Source of the DNA: Basidiobolus ranarum
Taxonomy: Eukaryota
Length of the DNA: 39,921 nucleotides
Direction of reading: 5' to 3'
NCBI GenBank assembly: GCA_040143965.1
Contig: JASJQH010000040.1
Location: 1-39,921, forward strand
Part shown: in pieces, positions 22,378 to 35,869 of the stretch
Layout: each line of letters begins with the position of its first letter
How positions within the stretch are numbered: the first letter of the stretch is position 1
The notes under the pieces: generated by a model
The model's input: only the letters and a program-made list of their open reading frames with translations
Told to the model about the DNA's origin: nothing
Databases searched by the model: none
Translations under genes and position numbers: made by a program

Positions 22378-25300
22378 TTAAGACCGTTTCTTGGTGTTAA
22401 TCCAAGATCCCAGGAGCTTCTCTACCAAGCTTTGCACGGTCTTGGAGTGACTAAGGTACAGCCCAACAAGCCAGAGTACGAAGCCATTTGTAATGTAATG
22501 CACTAGGTATGGGAATCGAACCCCATATATTAAAGTGACGACAACAATCATGTTGACAATATAACGAGTCCAATTGGATAACCTACACAAAGGCGTTCAA
22601 TATAATGGTAATTTGGTTAAACAACTGAATAGATGTTACCTCTCTGAGAAGCGTGGAAGCATCTTGTTGATGGTCATCTCTACGTAGACCATGATTGGAG
22701 CTATGGCAAAAAGGCTGTGGTCTGCTGGTGCTTGAGTAAACCAGTGAGCTGCCAAATTACGAATCCAGACAATCAATACTGGAATGTTGTATGGAAGCAA
22801 TGTAAACATCAACATTAGCATGCTAGACTGATAATGGTAACGATCCCAAAGAGCTTGAGAAGAATCTTTTCCCTTGTTCTAACAAATACCCGATCACTTT
22901 AGTGCGACGCATTCACATATATAATAGTGTATATCGGAAAGAAAGGTAGCTTACCGAAATTTTGGCTCGTAGCATGGTGCGTACACAGGAAAAGAGTTGA
23001 ACTAAGAAAGCACTACAATACGCAAACTGAAAAGGAACGAAGGTAGCAACCAATAGGAACAAGATCAAGGTGGTCACCACTCGGCGTCTTAGTCGCTTGG
23101 CATCCGACTCATTCGGCCTATAATATAATCGGGTGAGCTTATGCTATACAACATATCAACTACGATGTGAATTACCTGCTGATAAAGCCAGCTAGCCCTG
23201 GGATACGGTTCTCAATGAAACCAGACACTTCGGCAATAATGATGATAACCAACGTGACAAGCAACCATATGACTATTACAGTACCTACAGCCACCACTAG
23301 GAATATGGGGTTTAATAGCCACAAAATAGAACCTCTATCTCCAACAAGAATGCCACTGATATTGATAGGTAGATTTTCTAGGGAAAGAATAGAGGCACTT
23401 TGAAGCATTGGAAGAAATATCGATTGCACAACAGCCAAAGAAGAAATAAGAACCACGATTTTCCAGAGATGATTCCATATGAACAGCTTCAACGCATGAC
23501 CGAAAGTAGGGAACACGCCTAGTTAGATGAGAGAGTTAGCTTCATACAGGAACATAGTACATACGTCAATACATCCAATTCTAATTACCGTTCTTGTTCC
23601 AAAATGAAAATTGAATTTGGAATAATTTGATGATAATCAAGAAGGGGAAAGCTGCAAGAACCATATCACATCTCCTTGCTGTCCTTCCAAGACTACCGTA
23701 CCAGTCTAACCAAAACTCCACCTTATATTGGGTGTTTATCCTCGGGTCTATCCAGAATTGAAACTCCACCCCTTTCCATGCTGGGCGTACGAAAGGCTCC
23801 AATAGAGATGGCTGCATCATGGCAAAAGGGGTAGGTCCATGATAATTGACATTTACTTCACTGATGTTGTGCCAAAACTTCGATTCGTGCATAGGCGAGG
23901 AAGAGTATTGACGGACCATTGGTAGAAATAGGGCGGGTTGCGACGACTCTTGGTTGTCGAGTGGGGTGACAGACATACGATAGGCAAGGAGTGGGTTTTC
24001 TTCGATATCAATGTTAAGAGTGGTAAATAGTGACCTTCTTTTCGGAAAGGGTGAGACTTGGATTTTCTTAAACAACAAGTTAGAGAGAGTGAATTTAACA
24101 TCAAGTCTATTTTCTTCTGGGTTGTAAAATTCAGCAAACAGATAGTGATTGGAGCTCCAATATCCTTCGCGATTGTAACTTATTCCTACATATGAATAGG
24201 ACTGAAGCATATCTTCTTCCAGATTCAAGAACCATACGCGACCATTGGCTCCTTGGTTCGAATCTCCTGGAAGTGGAGCAGCGATATGGGAGACATCAGC
24301 GCAATCAATTGTTTCTTTTTGGCCGATTCTCTTACAAAGGACGAGATTAAAGAAGCCATGCTTTTCAGGCTTTTGATTGGTAAAAAGTGAAAAAGAAAAG
24401 TTGGCAGTTGATTGCTCAGGTATCGAATACAGATGAAACTTAGGGTAGGTTTTTGGCGTCTCTTGTCTTCCATTGAGTACAAGACGCTCATCAAAAGGAA
24501 CGATTTCATGTGATGTAGTATTGAGATCAATAGCGGAAAAAGAGTCTATGAACACGAATGCTAAGTTAAGTCCTGGATTGTGTATTATCATAGTTCAAAT
24601 GAGACTACTTACCACTAGTGTTATCAATCAACTGCTGAACCATATCTGTCTCCAACCCACTCAGTAAATTCCGTCTAAACTCAAATACTCTCTCAGATAT
24701 GAGCTTTGTTTGTCCGGGATGCTTGGCATCGACTACGGACAACAACGTCTTTGCAAGTGTACGGACAATTTCTGCACACCAAAGAATACATTGATGGTCC
24801 ATCGTGAGCCAAACGTCAGGGATAGTTGTAGTGAATACAGTGAATCCGTTGGAAGGAGGAACAATAGTACTAATGTCAGAAAAATCGGAAGAAATTATGG
24901 TATCATGGTTACCACCAGCTATAGATATCAAAGCCATGTTCTCAAAGGCACTGGAAGTAACATTAGTGGTGTATCCAGATTTCCAGTATTCGGTAATGCG
25001 GGCATAGAGATTTGTTCCAACCCGTTCAATAGGGGCTGGTGATGCCATGTGAGGCGTGGCTAGAGTTACAATGGTGTTGATAGAATCATTCAAGTAGTTA
25101 GGCAAGGTAATCAGTGTTCTAGCAACTACACCGCCCATTGAATGACCAATAATCAAGACAGATTTCGGTGTTGGGAACTGAGCGGTAGGGTATGTTGGAT
25201 AGGAGTTTCGCTGATTATACAAAGCAAGGATGTATTTAATGGCATCATTAACGTACTCGGCTTGTTCAAGCAGAGAATGCCCGTGGAGAGCAGAGAGTTC

Positions 25301-25942
25301 TTCATTAAAATCAACTAAAAATTCATCGCGTCTCGGTTAGGTTGTAGAACAGTTGGACGTCACAAATGTTGGAATAGTTACCGGAAAAAAAGTCCAAATT
25401 CAAAATGCCATTCTTTGCTGCGCCTTCTTGATGAGCTACCGTATCATAGTATAGCTCGGCAGCTCCTGAAGCAATAGAACGTACTTGCTTATAACTACCG
25501 GCATTTCCAGGAATGAATAGAACCGGAATTCCATTTGGCGGCTAAATTTTCCATTTAGCTGTCATCTTTAGAAGATTTTCAATAAGAAACCACTTACCGA
25601 ATTTGTTTGGTCATATCCATGTTCACGATAAAGATAAAGTTCATACTTCTTGGTATATTTTGTATGCAAATGATTGAAATCGTTCTGCTTCAAAAATACT
25701 GGACGCATGTAAGACATCTCACAGCCTTTGGGATCAAGCTGATGATTTAAAAAAGAGTCTAAAACAAACCCTAAGAATGCTAGTGTAGCTAGTGCTACTA
25801 ATATAACAGGCCATGATAAATTGAATATTCGGCGATTATTTAGCTCTAAAAGAGTCTTGGACGAGGAGGCTCTTTTATCTATCAATATATAGGGTTCAGG
25901 TTTTACTTTATCGCTTTTTCTCATTGTGTGGTTGTCCGCCAT
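22378..25942 (-). CDS. BST1: GPI inositol-deacylase (PGAP1/Bst1), multi-exon
   Basis: N-terminal [27 protein letters not shown], lipase motif [20 protein letters not shown], and multiple C-terminal TM helices. Confidence 0.93.
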
Positions 25943-26400
25943 AATTCTTGTAACATAAGCAACTGATGAAGAAAAACGAAGAAGCGGAACTACAGGTAAC
26001 TATATCACGATAGTATCCCAAAAGTAGAGAAACAGTATTAACTTGGGGGGTGGATGAATTAAATCAATAACACTGAATATCCATCGTATTTGTTCTAACT
26101 AGGGAATGATCGCCATTTATAGATAGAAATTTTCTCAGGAAGATATCATCCATATCTTGGTAGTCTGCGAGTTTCGCGAGATAGCGAATGAATTAGGTCA
26201 GTGGAAAATTAGCGATGAGCAAATTATTTATCGAAAACAGTGATAATGACGATCATATCATCTATCGATTATCCGACTTCATTCACATGCCAGTAATAGC
26301 AGTAAGTGGTAAATTATTAGTAGTCCAATTCGCAGATTTGCTAATGAACTACACATTCAAAGTAATCAGCTTCATTATAGGCGGTTTAACAAGATTTATT

Positions 26401-26444
26401 ATGGCTAGCAGCATGGCTAGCAGCATGGCTAGCAGCATGGCTAG
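26401..26444. repeat. 12-bp tandem repeat (ATGGCTAGCAGC)x3.7
   Basis: Directly visible, downstream of the GPAT stop. Confidence 0.9.
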
Positions 26445-26583
26445 GAACAGGTACAATGATTTGTCACAAAAGAATGAAAGAAAGGAATGCAAAAATATGG
26501 TTAGAAATGTAGTTATAATCTAAGGCGGGTCAGAAAGTAGGTCAGTTAATATCACAAAATTCATTGCAAAATGGCGGATCGAC

Positions 26584-29102
26584 CTAGATATCCTTCTTTT
26601 GTTCTACTTTTTCATGGTTATCGTGAACGTCTAAGGTATTTCCGAAGCGTTTGGTAGCTGAAGTCAAATTGAGGCTGGGGAGATCGACCTGACTAGCAGA
26701 TGTGCTGGATTTGCCTGAACGTCTCAGTTTACCGTCTAATGCTTTGAAAAAGAAGCTTTCCTCGTCGACATTTTCCCAATTGAAAATACTATCGTTAAGA
26801 TATTCGATTGGTGACATGATCCATTCACGGAGTCCTCGAGGAGTTCCAGGAACCGATGGAGTACCGGATGCACTGGATTGTGCGCCAGATTGAAGCTTGG
26901 TGGGATCGAAGTCTGGGAATATTTGGGGGCCAAGTTCGTTAATTAAAGCGGTGATATCGTTGGATAATTCTTCACGAATAATTGGAAGAGTTTTCGCGTG
27001 ATTTCCACTGGGGAATAGAGCAAGGAACAAAGGACGCATAGATCTATATGTATGAATAAAATCTTAGCTACTGGAGTTAACAATACTTCACCATTAGCAT
27101 GCACCTACCTGAGAATATCTAAACCCGTTTCTCCAAAGCGAACACTGGCATAACTGATGAATGGAAGGGTGATAAAAGTAAGAATAGGTCCAAATATCTT
27201 CCAAGTCAATGACCAGTCGCGACGGATTCCGATATATAGGACGATAAAAGCATAGATCCAATAGAAAGTAGGGAGCAAGACTAGAGCGACTAGAACCTTC
27301 CAGGTTGCCAAAACATCACGACCGGCAATCTTAACAGTGGAGTTTCTGAGAGCCTCTGGATTTAAGAAGAAATATGTAAATAACCTGCATGTGCTAGTAT
27401 ATTCGAAAATATCGTTACTAACCTTCGGCCTTTTTCTTACTGATGAATCTGGCAATGACGGCAACAGGAGCATTCAAGATGGCACTACAATCCAAAGAAC
27501 ATTAGAAACACAGTTGACAACAAGTCAGAATGGGCCACATACCCTGGGAGAGCAACTAGAGCCATGAACACGAAACTGATCAATCTCCATGTAAATAGCG
27601 CCAAAGCATGCCCAAAGCTCATCTCTACTCTTTTAACTTGATGGTCACGGATGCCAAGACTCTTGAGAAGTCTGTTGTAGGCTAAAACACGGTCGTGAAT
27701 ATCTTTCACAGCAGGCTCGTCTTGGAAATGCAAGTAACCAGCAATAAATCTACGAGTAAGGTCAACCACTTTGGTAGTACGCAATTTCTGGTGGGCAGGC
27801 TTGTAGAGACGACGACCGGCTTGAATTACCTAGATTAGGAAATATTCAGCAACGATAAGAGGTAATGAATTGAGCAAAGATCTCAGTACCATTAATGTTT
27901 CGTAATCTGGAGTGTTGACGGTAACGCTCTTTAGTCCGTCCGAGACGCTATTCATCAACTCGCCAATAGCCTCTCTCTTGCTCATACCGCCCTCCTTGTA
28001 TTTCTCGACCAAATTACGGGGGATGGTAATGGGATCTCCAAACTCGACAACAGCTCTAGAGCGGAAACGATGTGGGTGGAAATAATTCAAACCTAGAATG
28101 TGTTACTAATGCGGCACAGTAACAACAATGTTTACTTCTAAATGGACATACCACATGGAACAATTTTAACATCCAAATCAGGATACTCGACCATGGCTCC
28201 TAAAGACATAATAGCGACACCCACTGAAAACGCACATTCGTAAATCGTAGCATAAAAAGACTTGTACTCATGAGTTAAATACCTTTAAGTGGAAGCATTT
28301 CAGTACGATCGTGAGAGCCTCCTTCTGGGAAAATACCTACACATCCGTTGTTGTGTAAGCGTTCGTGGACAGAACCATATACGTTAGACTGATCAAGATG
28401 TGGGACAATCTTATATGGAGTTCCTTGAGAAGCAGTCAATAGCTCAAGTGCCTCAAGCTCCTTAAACTCCTTCTTGACAATTAATTCCGTGTCAGAGATG
28501 ACTTCATGGACGACGGAGACACCGATGTTATTGGGCAACGCTATGCTAGCGCCACTGTCAATCTCAGTTTTGAAGTGAGTGCCTACACCAGTTATGCGAG
28601 TAGGGTCAGCATAGCGATCAAGGAGTTGAATGGTACCAGATCCCTTCTTAGCGTGATCCATAGCTCTCTCTACGGGAACTGAAAATTCAAAGCAAAAAAA
28701 ATTAAGTACCTTCTGAATTGAAAGATGATTTTTTCACCAGTGTTTCCAAACCATTAAAGATATATACATTAAATACATACTTGAATTAATAGAACGACCG
28801 AAAGCCCCGACGTATTTACGTTTCATCGAAGAAGCCGCCATCAAAAAGCTAATGGGGCGTGGGCAATGGAACAACAACAAAAGTGGGTCCATGAACTATC
28901 AAAACCAAGTTAAAACTATGTACTACATATATCACATTTTGAATAAATAGTATACCTGATTAGCATGGGGACCAGCCACAAAGAAGATGGGGCCTTCCTT
29001 CGGGATTTTGTGAGCTCCTCTTTGGCTAATATCTTTGAAAAATATTTTGACTACAAGCCAAAAAAAGTTCAGAGCCATATTGTAAACGGAAAATTCGAAC
29101 AT
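26584..29102 (-). CDS. SCT1/GPT2: Glycerol-3-phosphate/DHAP O-acyltransferase, multi-exon
   Basis: HKIPKEGPIFFVAGPHANQ|FMDP, IPVERAMD, GIFPEGGSHDRTEMLPLK, LNYFHPHRFRSRAVVEFG, GRDVLATWKVLVAL. Confidence 0.93.
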
Positions 29103-30034
29103 GGCGGGTACTCTTTACACAGAGGTGTAGATTATTTGTAAGGTTAGTGGAGTTAGGGTTAAAGGTACTTATGAGAATCGTTTTTGTTGGAAGGTCTTCT
29201 ATGATCGACTTTTATGTGTGAGCTTTATACAATTGTGGAACCAGTAATAAATGGGGATGTTTTCATCCAAAACTACATAATTGGTAGAGGATTTTCATAT
29301 CGAATAAGCACGAGAAAAAGATTCCAATTATAATCCGAATACTCAGTACAAATTTCAGCATCATTTAGGAAGACTAATGAAAGAGCTGGGACTAAACCTT
29401 AAAGGCAGTCCGGATCCCTTGCACAAGCTGGTCACGAAGTTATCATTTTCATATGATAATTGAACAGATGGAACCTTCTTGACACTTCGAAAACCCTCGA
29501 GACGAACTTGTGTTGGAGCTGGACTACGAAGCAGACCGAGTTATGAGAATGCAAATGTGGTCCCAGTAACCTAATAAGAGAATAGCAAAATCCTGTCATG
29601 AATGAACCACCGGAAAGACCATGTTTAGCTTGAACTCAGAGGACTGCAGATGGCTGCTTCGTAACTTGATAAGATATTCACGTGAAAGTGGCATTTTTTC
29701 AAAATAATTTCCGCCATTTCCGCCATTTCCATTTTAAAATTTCTGCCAATCAAGTTCATCTATTCTTAAGCCTTTATCCTAGGGATCTAACTCACTTTTA
29801 AGCAGCTCAAGCTCTGTTTCATACAGTGGGGTTATACCATATGTTCATGATTGTGTGGCTGAAAGCGCTCTGTATAGACCTGTTATCAGTGTGTAAGAAA
29901 AAGAGATCAAATAGTAATAGTCAATAAATAGGGTTAGGGTTAGTCGATAAATAGTGCTTCATCAATTGCTGTTATTGATGAAGCACTATTTGAGTTCAAG
30001 CTTAGGGCTAGGGTTCATTCGGAACTGCTTATTG

Positions 30035-30085
30035 TTACCATTACCATTACCACTACCATTGCCATTGCCATTACCATTACCATTG
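30035..30085. repeat. Hexanucleotide microsatellite (TTACCA/TTGCCA)n
   Basis: About 8 imperfect units; these explain the spurious LP/NG-repeat ORFs. Confidence 0.85.
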
Positions 30086-30925
30086 GTATTTAACGCATCC
30101 CCAAAAATTTGTTTCGGAACAATCATACACATGTTATTTCTCCGATTGAGGTTTGTATTTATCCTGATATTTAAGACTAGCCGTCCCAGCGATAAAATTG
30201 ATCTTACATCAAAATAGCGGTAAAAATGGACTCTTTCAACAAAATACAATTAAACAGGATTCTTACAACAAAGTGCACTTTAACAGATATGCACATCTAA
30301 TCTTTCTCAAATGTGGCTTGTCTACGATGGCTTGTTCGTGGAGATTAGATGATCTTTTGTGAGGCTGATGAACCTACTGCTGGTTTCTAGAACGACAGAT
30401 GGGTGAGCATGGCGGCAATAGAGCTACATACAGCTAGCTGGGGAGAGGTTGATAGAACAGCAATTAGTATTGTATGATTATGAGCGTAGTAGCTTGCGTC
30501 ATTGGATTACAAGATTTGACAGCAAAGATACGCATTGGGAATTTACACAACTGCCAAATATGGAGACAAGTAAAACCGATGAACCGATGTTTTTACTCTC
30601 TCAATGCTGAATGCTGATGGAATATATGCAAGGTCTTTCATAAATCGGCAATCATCATACACGTTGGGTGAGAACTATCTTACTTTGTGTCAACCCTCTA
30701 CCCCATTCTTATAGCTCCTTGAGTCATGTGTAACTATTTTACATTCAAAATTAAAGTTCCTTCAACAGCTAATCTTGTCCTAAATATGCTAATCATAGTA
30801 TCCAAAAAGACTCTAGTAAAGCTACCCCCAGGCCACACCAGATCAGGCCAGGTGATCCATGACGACCACTTAGCTTTAAATACCCCTTTTTGCCAGTCAT
30901 CGGAACAATCAACTTGCTTTGAATA

Positions 30926-32400
30926 ATGCTCTCCTCTATCCAAAAAGTCTCTTGTACCATTAACCCCCAGCGTCTTGCTCCCCTTGGAGTGGCAGCTCGT
31001 TCCTTTATCTCCACCTGGAGCAATGTCCCTATGGGTAGGTATTTTTTTGTTATGTTCCTGTCCACATCAGTGATCTCAAACTCTCAACTTCAGGACCTCC
31101 TGATGCCATTCTTGGAGTTACTGAAGCATTCAAAGCTGACAAAGATCCCAAAAAAATGAACCTTGGTGTTGGTGCCTATCGCGATGATAATGCCAAACCT
31201 TACGTTCTAAGCAGTGTCCGCAAGGTATTCTTCAACTTATTCCCCATTACCAATATAAAACTTGACAACTTAACAATATTTATATATCAGGCTGAAAAAA
31301 TCATCAGCGATGGACTTTTGGATAAAGAATACTTGGGAATTTTGGGACTTCCTACTTTTACCAATTTAGCTGCACAATTAGCTTATGGCACTGAACTTGA
31401 TGCTTTTCAGGAGAAGCGTGTACGCCTTTCAACTAAAATCATATCTTTAAAAGTAATTTATTTATTTTTGTCAAAATAGATTGCTGTTGCTCAATCCATC
31501 TCTGGTACTGGTGCTCTTCGTATTGGTGGAACTTTCTTGAAACGTTTCTATCCTCATTCTAAAACTATCTATATTCCCACTCCTACTTGGGGAAACCATA
31601 AGGCTATTTTCAATGATAGTGGACTTGAAGTTTCTCAGTATAGATACTACGATAAAAATACCATTGGTTTAGATATTAATGGCATGCTTGAAGATTTAAA
31701 GAATATCCCCGAAAAGTCCATTGTTCTTCTCCATGCTTGCGCCCACAATCCTACCGGTGTGGATCCCACCAAGGAGCAATGGAACCAAATATCCGACGTA
31801 ATTAAAGAGCGTGGTCACTTCTGTTTGTTTGATATGGCATACCAGGGCTTTGCATCAGGAAATACTGATGCTGATGCACATGCTCTTCGTAAGTTCGTTT
31901 CCGAGGGCCACAATGTAGCACTTTGCCAATCATTTGCAAAGAACATGGGTCTCTATGGAGAGCGTGCTGGTACCTTTTCCGTCATTTGTAATGATACAGA
32001 AGAACGCTCCAAAGTAGAATCACAATTGAAGATCTTGATTCGTCCAATGTATTCCAACCCACCCCTTACTGGTGCCAGAATTGTCAGCACTGTACTTGAG
32101 AACCCTGATCTCAAACAAGAATGGCTCGGTGAAGTCAAGATGATGGCTGATCGCATCATTGATATGAGAGTCTCTCTCAAGAAACATCTTCTTGAAGATT
32201 ACGGCTCCAAGAAAAACTGGAACCATATCACTGACCAAATTGGTATGTTCTGCTACACTGGTTTGACTCCTGAACAAGTTAGTCGCTTGACTAAGGAGTT
32301 CCACGTTTACCTTACCAAAGACGGGCGTATCTCTATGGCTGGTATCACAACCAAGAACGTTAAGCATTTGGCATATGCTATTCATGAGATTACCAAGTAA
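30926..32400 (+). CDS. GOT2: Mitochondrial aspartate aminotransferase, 4 exons (introns 31035-31093, 31225-31290, 31420-31479)
   Basis: Presequence, [59 protein letters not shown], and the PLP lysine in [12 protein letters not shown]. Confidence 0.96.
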
Positions 32401-33516
32401 ACTTATCGATGGACAAGGTTTATTGTTTGAAGCTATCCCCTTCCCCTTCCCCTTCATAATAGCATTTGTAAAAAGCATTTACACATCTTACGTGTGTATA
32501 AAATAAACGAAGCATTATTCCACACTGCACTACCACTTTGTTACCATTTAATAGTAATAGCTGAAAGCTCATGCAATGAACTACGTAATCCTACACCTCT
32601 AATCGTGAGTACAGCTTATGCATCAAATACCAAAACTAGTTTCTCGGTTGTATGTAACATCACATGTGAGTCTCCACCACTCATGTTGCTTGCCTCGAGA
32701 AAAGCCGTCCAAGCCTCAAGTGGCCGTAGACATCTACACGCGAAAGTTATTGAATATCAAGATAGCCATTATACGTGTAACACGTGGATTAACCAATCAT
32801 CAATCTCCAAGCCCATCCGAGACCTTCATAAGGCATATTGCCATAAAAAGATATACCTGAGAGCTTCCAAGACATCATTATGGCTTTGATAGGTAGAAGA
32901 ACCAAATGAGATTCCCACATTTCTTCCTTGTAGCGTGGGATTATTGTTGCTGGTAAAAGGGCGGCAAGTGATTTCTTACCACAGAGTCGGTTAAAATGGT
33001 ATGGCTGAGCATTAACTATCACAATACCAGGTATTTCACGAAGCATCTGTTTATTGTGTCATGAAATATTGCCAAATTCTAGGCACTAATCGCCATCACC
33101 TATCGGTCGATTTAGTTACATCTTTAGTAATGGTATACTCATATGGTTTGACTAAACTCCATGTCCAGATCATCTTCAAATCTTTCTTTTTTACTATCAT
33201 TGATATTCAGGTGCCTTTCCCGACATTTATGACAATCATTGTTTACCACAATTCTCAGTAGTGCTCTGTGAGTCATGCTAGCCAGACATTAGCCATGGAT
33301 ACCTGGAAAGGCTAATGATTTCTCATTTTCTTTTCTTTTAACTAGCTTGTAGATAGGACTATTCTATTAATAAAGAGAATCACTCCATGACGTCATAGTA
33401 AGCAGAGTATCGGAGAACCAAGCTAACCCTAGCCCACAGTAATTGACCATCTAATAGTTACGCAAACAAACATGACTACAGCCAATGCACCTAGAAATTG
33501 AGAAACATACCTTAAG

Positions 33517-33829
33517 TGTTGAAATTAACATAGCTTAAACATATATATGGTCATATATAGCTTAGTATTTAGTTATTCTACCTTTCACTAAGATATCTCC
33601 CACTATTCTCGAGGAATTTACTTCGAAGATTTTTCAAACTTGTCCTAGAAGCCCTTAACTTTACACACACGTTCCTGGGACCTTTCTTAACACATTCTAC
33701 ACGTTCTTTTGTCTACCTCTTGACAAATTTATAAATGTCAACTTTCTACTCAATAAATCAATAAGTGAAAACCACCAATTTTTCTGGTTCTCCAAGCCAC
33801 TTCTAACAAATTCCCAAAATACTTCAACA
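33517..33829 (+). mobile_element. Solo LTR-like element (~313 bp)
   Basis: Terminal inverted ends TGTTGAA...TTCAACA, internal TATAAAT (33730) and AATAAA (33752), and homology to three other segments in the window. No target-site duplication was found (TTAAG vs TAGTA). Confidence 0.7.
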
Positions 33830-35869
33830 TAGTAATGATATGATAAATGTAGGTAAGAAGTATCGTAGTTAGAGAAAGAATCGTTATTCTCCCTAGTAAA
33901 CAGTAGAGCTTGTAGAAACATATGATCCATTTGATATATCTCGAAAATGTAAAAAATGGGATATTTTTTCTCGAATAAGGAAAAAGGATGTAAGGCATGT
34001 GGTGCTTTGACCAGATGGCAATATTATGTCTTTTTCCAAATATAAGAAATATGTGGCTCAGAAAATATCTTAAGATAAATGACTAAGTTTTGAGGACATG
34101 TTGAAGATGAGGTGTAGTATTGCAATATTACTATACTCCTGATTCTAAAACGTTGACATGTATATTCTGATCTAAAACTTCCAATGAAACCATTACTAAT
34201 AGCACAGGTTTGACATCCATCTTCGCTAGAATAAACTATGAGCTAGGCACATTACTCTTCACAAAAAAGTAACTCCATCATTGTGACTCTCTTGCTATTT
34301 TACAAGTAGATGCAATGTGTTACAAATAAAGTTAATAAATAGTCTAAAAGAGGATTGACAGGGATCAGGACAAATGTCACCTGCATCCTCTGCCCTGTAG
34401 TATCATAGGGGCCCAATATATCAAGTAAAATGGTTTTGAATGAGCCAGCATAATGAGAAAATTAGAAGTCTAAGATATATAATTAGATTCCAATCATCAT
34501 GCATATATTACTAGTAGAATATGTATCAGACAGCATACGATATTCCAATAATAGTTACTTGTTCTCAAAATACTCCGCTATATTCTGATTGTTTATCCAA
34601 AATCCGATCGTATTTCAGTCTCAACTGGGTCATTTAGAACACTTGGTAGAATCTTTCTTTCTAAGTTTGTTTAATGAAGTGAATTCCGCCGGTTCAGTAT
34701 GATGTAATTGAGAAACCGATGTGTAGTTAAAGATATCTCAAAAGGTTCTAGAGACTTGAATATCCGTCCAAATACAGCCCTTCAATTATGGAGTCAGCCA
34801 TGTGTTCTACGCCTGACATATGTCAGCAGAGATGAAACATGGTTTATACTGCCCCGTCAGGGATGATGAGCAGCTATACCTATGGCGAATACCATTAACT
34901 GCCCTTATCCTTAGGCACTACGTACCCTGCTTTGGCTGTCCTGTATACTGGAACATCCCCCACAACAATAATGTACGAGTCTCTTGCTACAATTCTACTC
35001 TGCATGCCCAGAATATCTTGTGACATGGCAAGGGTATTAATAGCAAATGTATATATATACTGACTTCTGATTTGTTAGATCATTAAGCTTATCTTTACAT
35101 CGATACCAGATTATTTTTTCAGCAACCAGCTATGGTACGCCCTTCTATTTGGTGCACAGTTTCAGAAGGGCAGTTTGATTCGTGGATCGAAAAAGGTTAA
35201 TAAATGATTAATCGATAATGATACACGAAACAACCAATAAGGATACTCGCCTTCCAATGATCAGAACAAAGATGTTGTATTCATTACAAAATCCCCTAAC
35301 CCTACATTGTGTACATGCAATGGCGGTTAGCTCAAATCTGCATCAGTGCCTGCAAGTAGTATACTAAAGTATGTATACATACAAGCCCCTGAATGGGAAT
35401 GCAAACAGTCCTACGCTGCATGTAAATGTTACGCTCATAACCTGAGCCTAGCCTAATTGGCCTGTAACAATTGTTGCCTTTAGCAGTAACAATGTCGGGA
35501 AATAGATTTACTCAGAGTGTGACGCGAACAGCGCGACGTTTGGCGTATTCAAGAATTTGCACAGATATCGCGCCAGGTCTGCCTAATCCAACTAGATTGC
35601 CATGAATAGATAAAGCCTAGATTGGAAGCTTGGTGTTTGCATGAACCTGTTTATATTATTATCGATGTTTCCTTTCAGTGGGCTTCCAAATTAGGGAGGG
35701 TAATTTATTGGTGTCATATGGATTGTTGGTATGAATTCAATATATTGATATAATGTTTCAATGCTGCAACCAACTACAATTATCCGAGGTTGGTTGAAAT
35801 CGGTGAGATATATAACGGTCCCCTCATCCACTCCATTTTTTATCATCATTCATCTGAGTTAATTCCAAG

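Noticed and set aside
26215-26523. ORF with MASS repeats
   Set aside because: It is driven by the 12-bp tandem repeat and shows no protein-like features.
29468-29570. MEPS*HFENPRDELVLELDYEADR... frame with in-frame TGA (selenocysteine?)
   Set aside because: It is very short, has no selenoprotein motif and no SECIS that I can identify; chance or a decayed fragment is more likely.
29954-30249. LP-repeat / NG-repeat ORFs
   Set aside because: They are produced by the hexamer microsatellite.
32494-35023. Short ORFs between GOT2 and UAP1, and 37627-37953
   Set aside because: They show no recognisable domains, codon bias or consistent exon chains, and two overlap the LTR.
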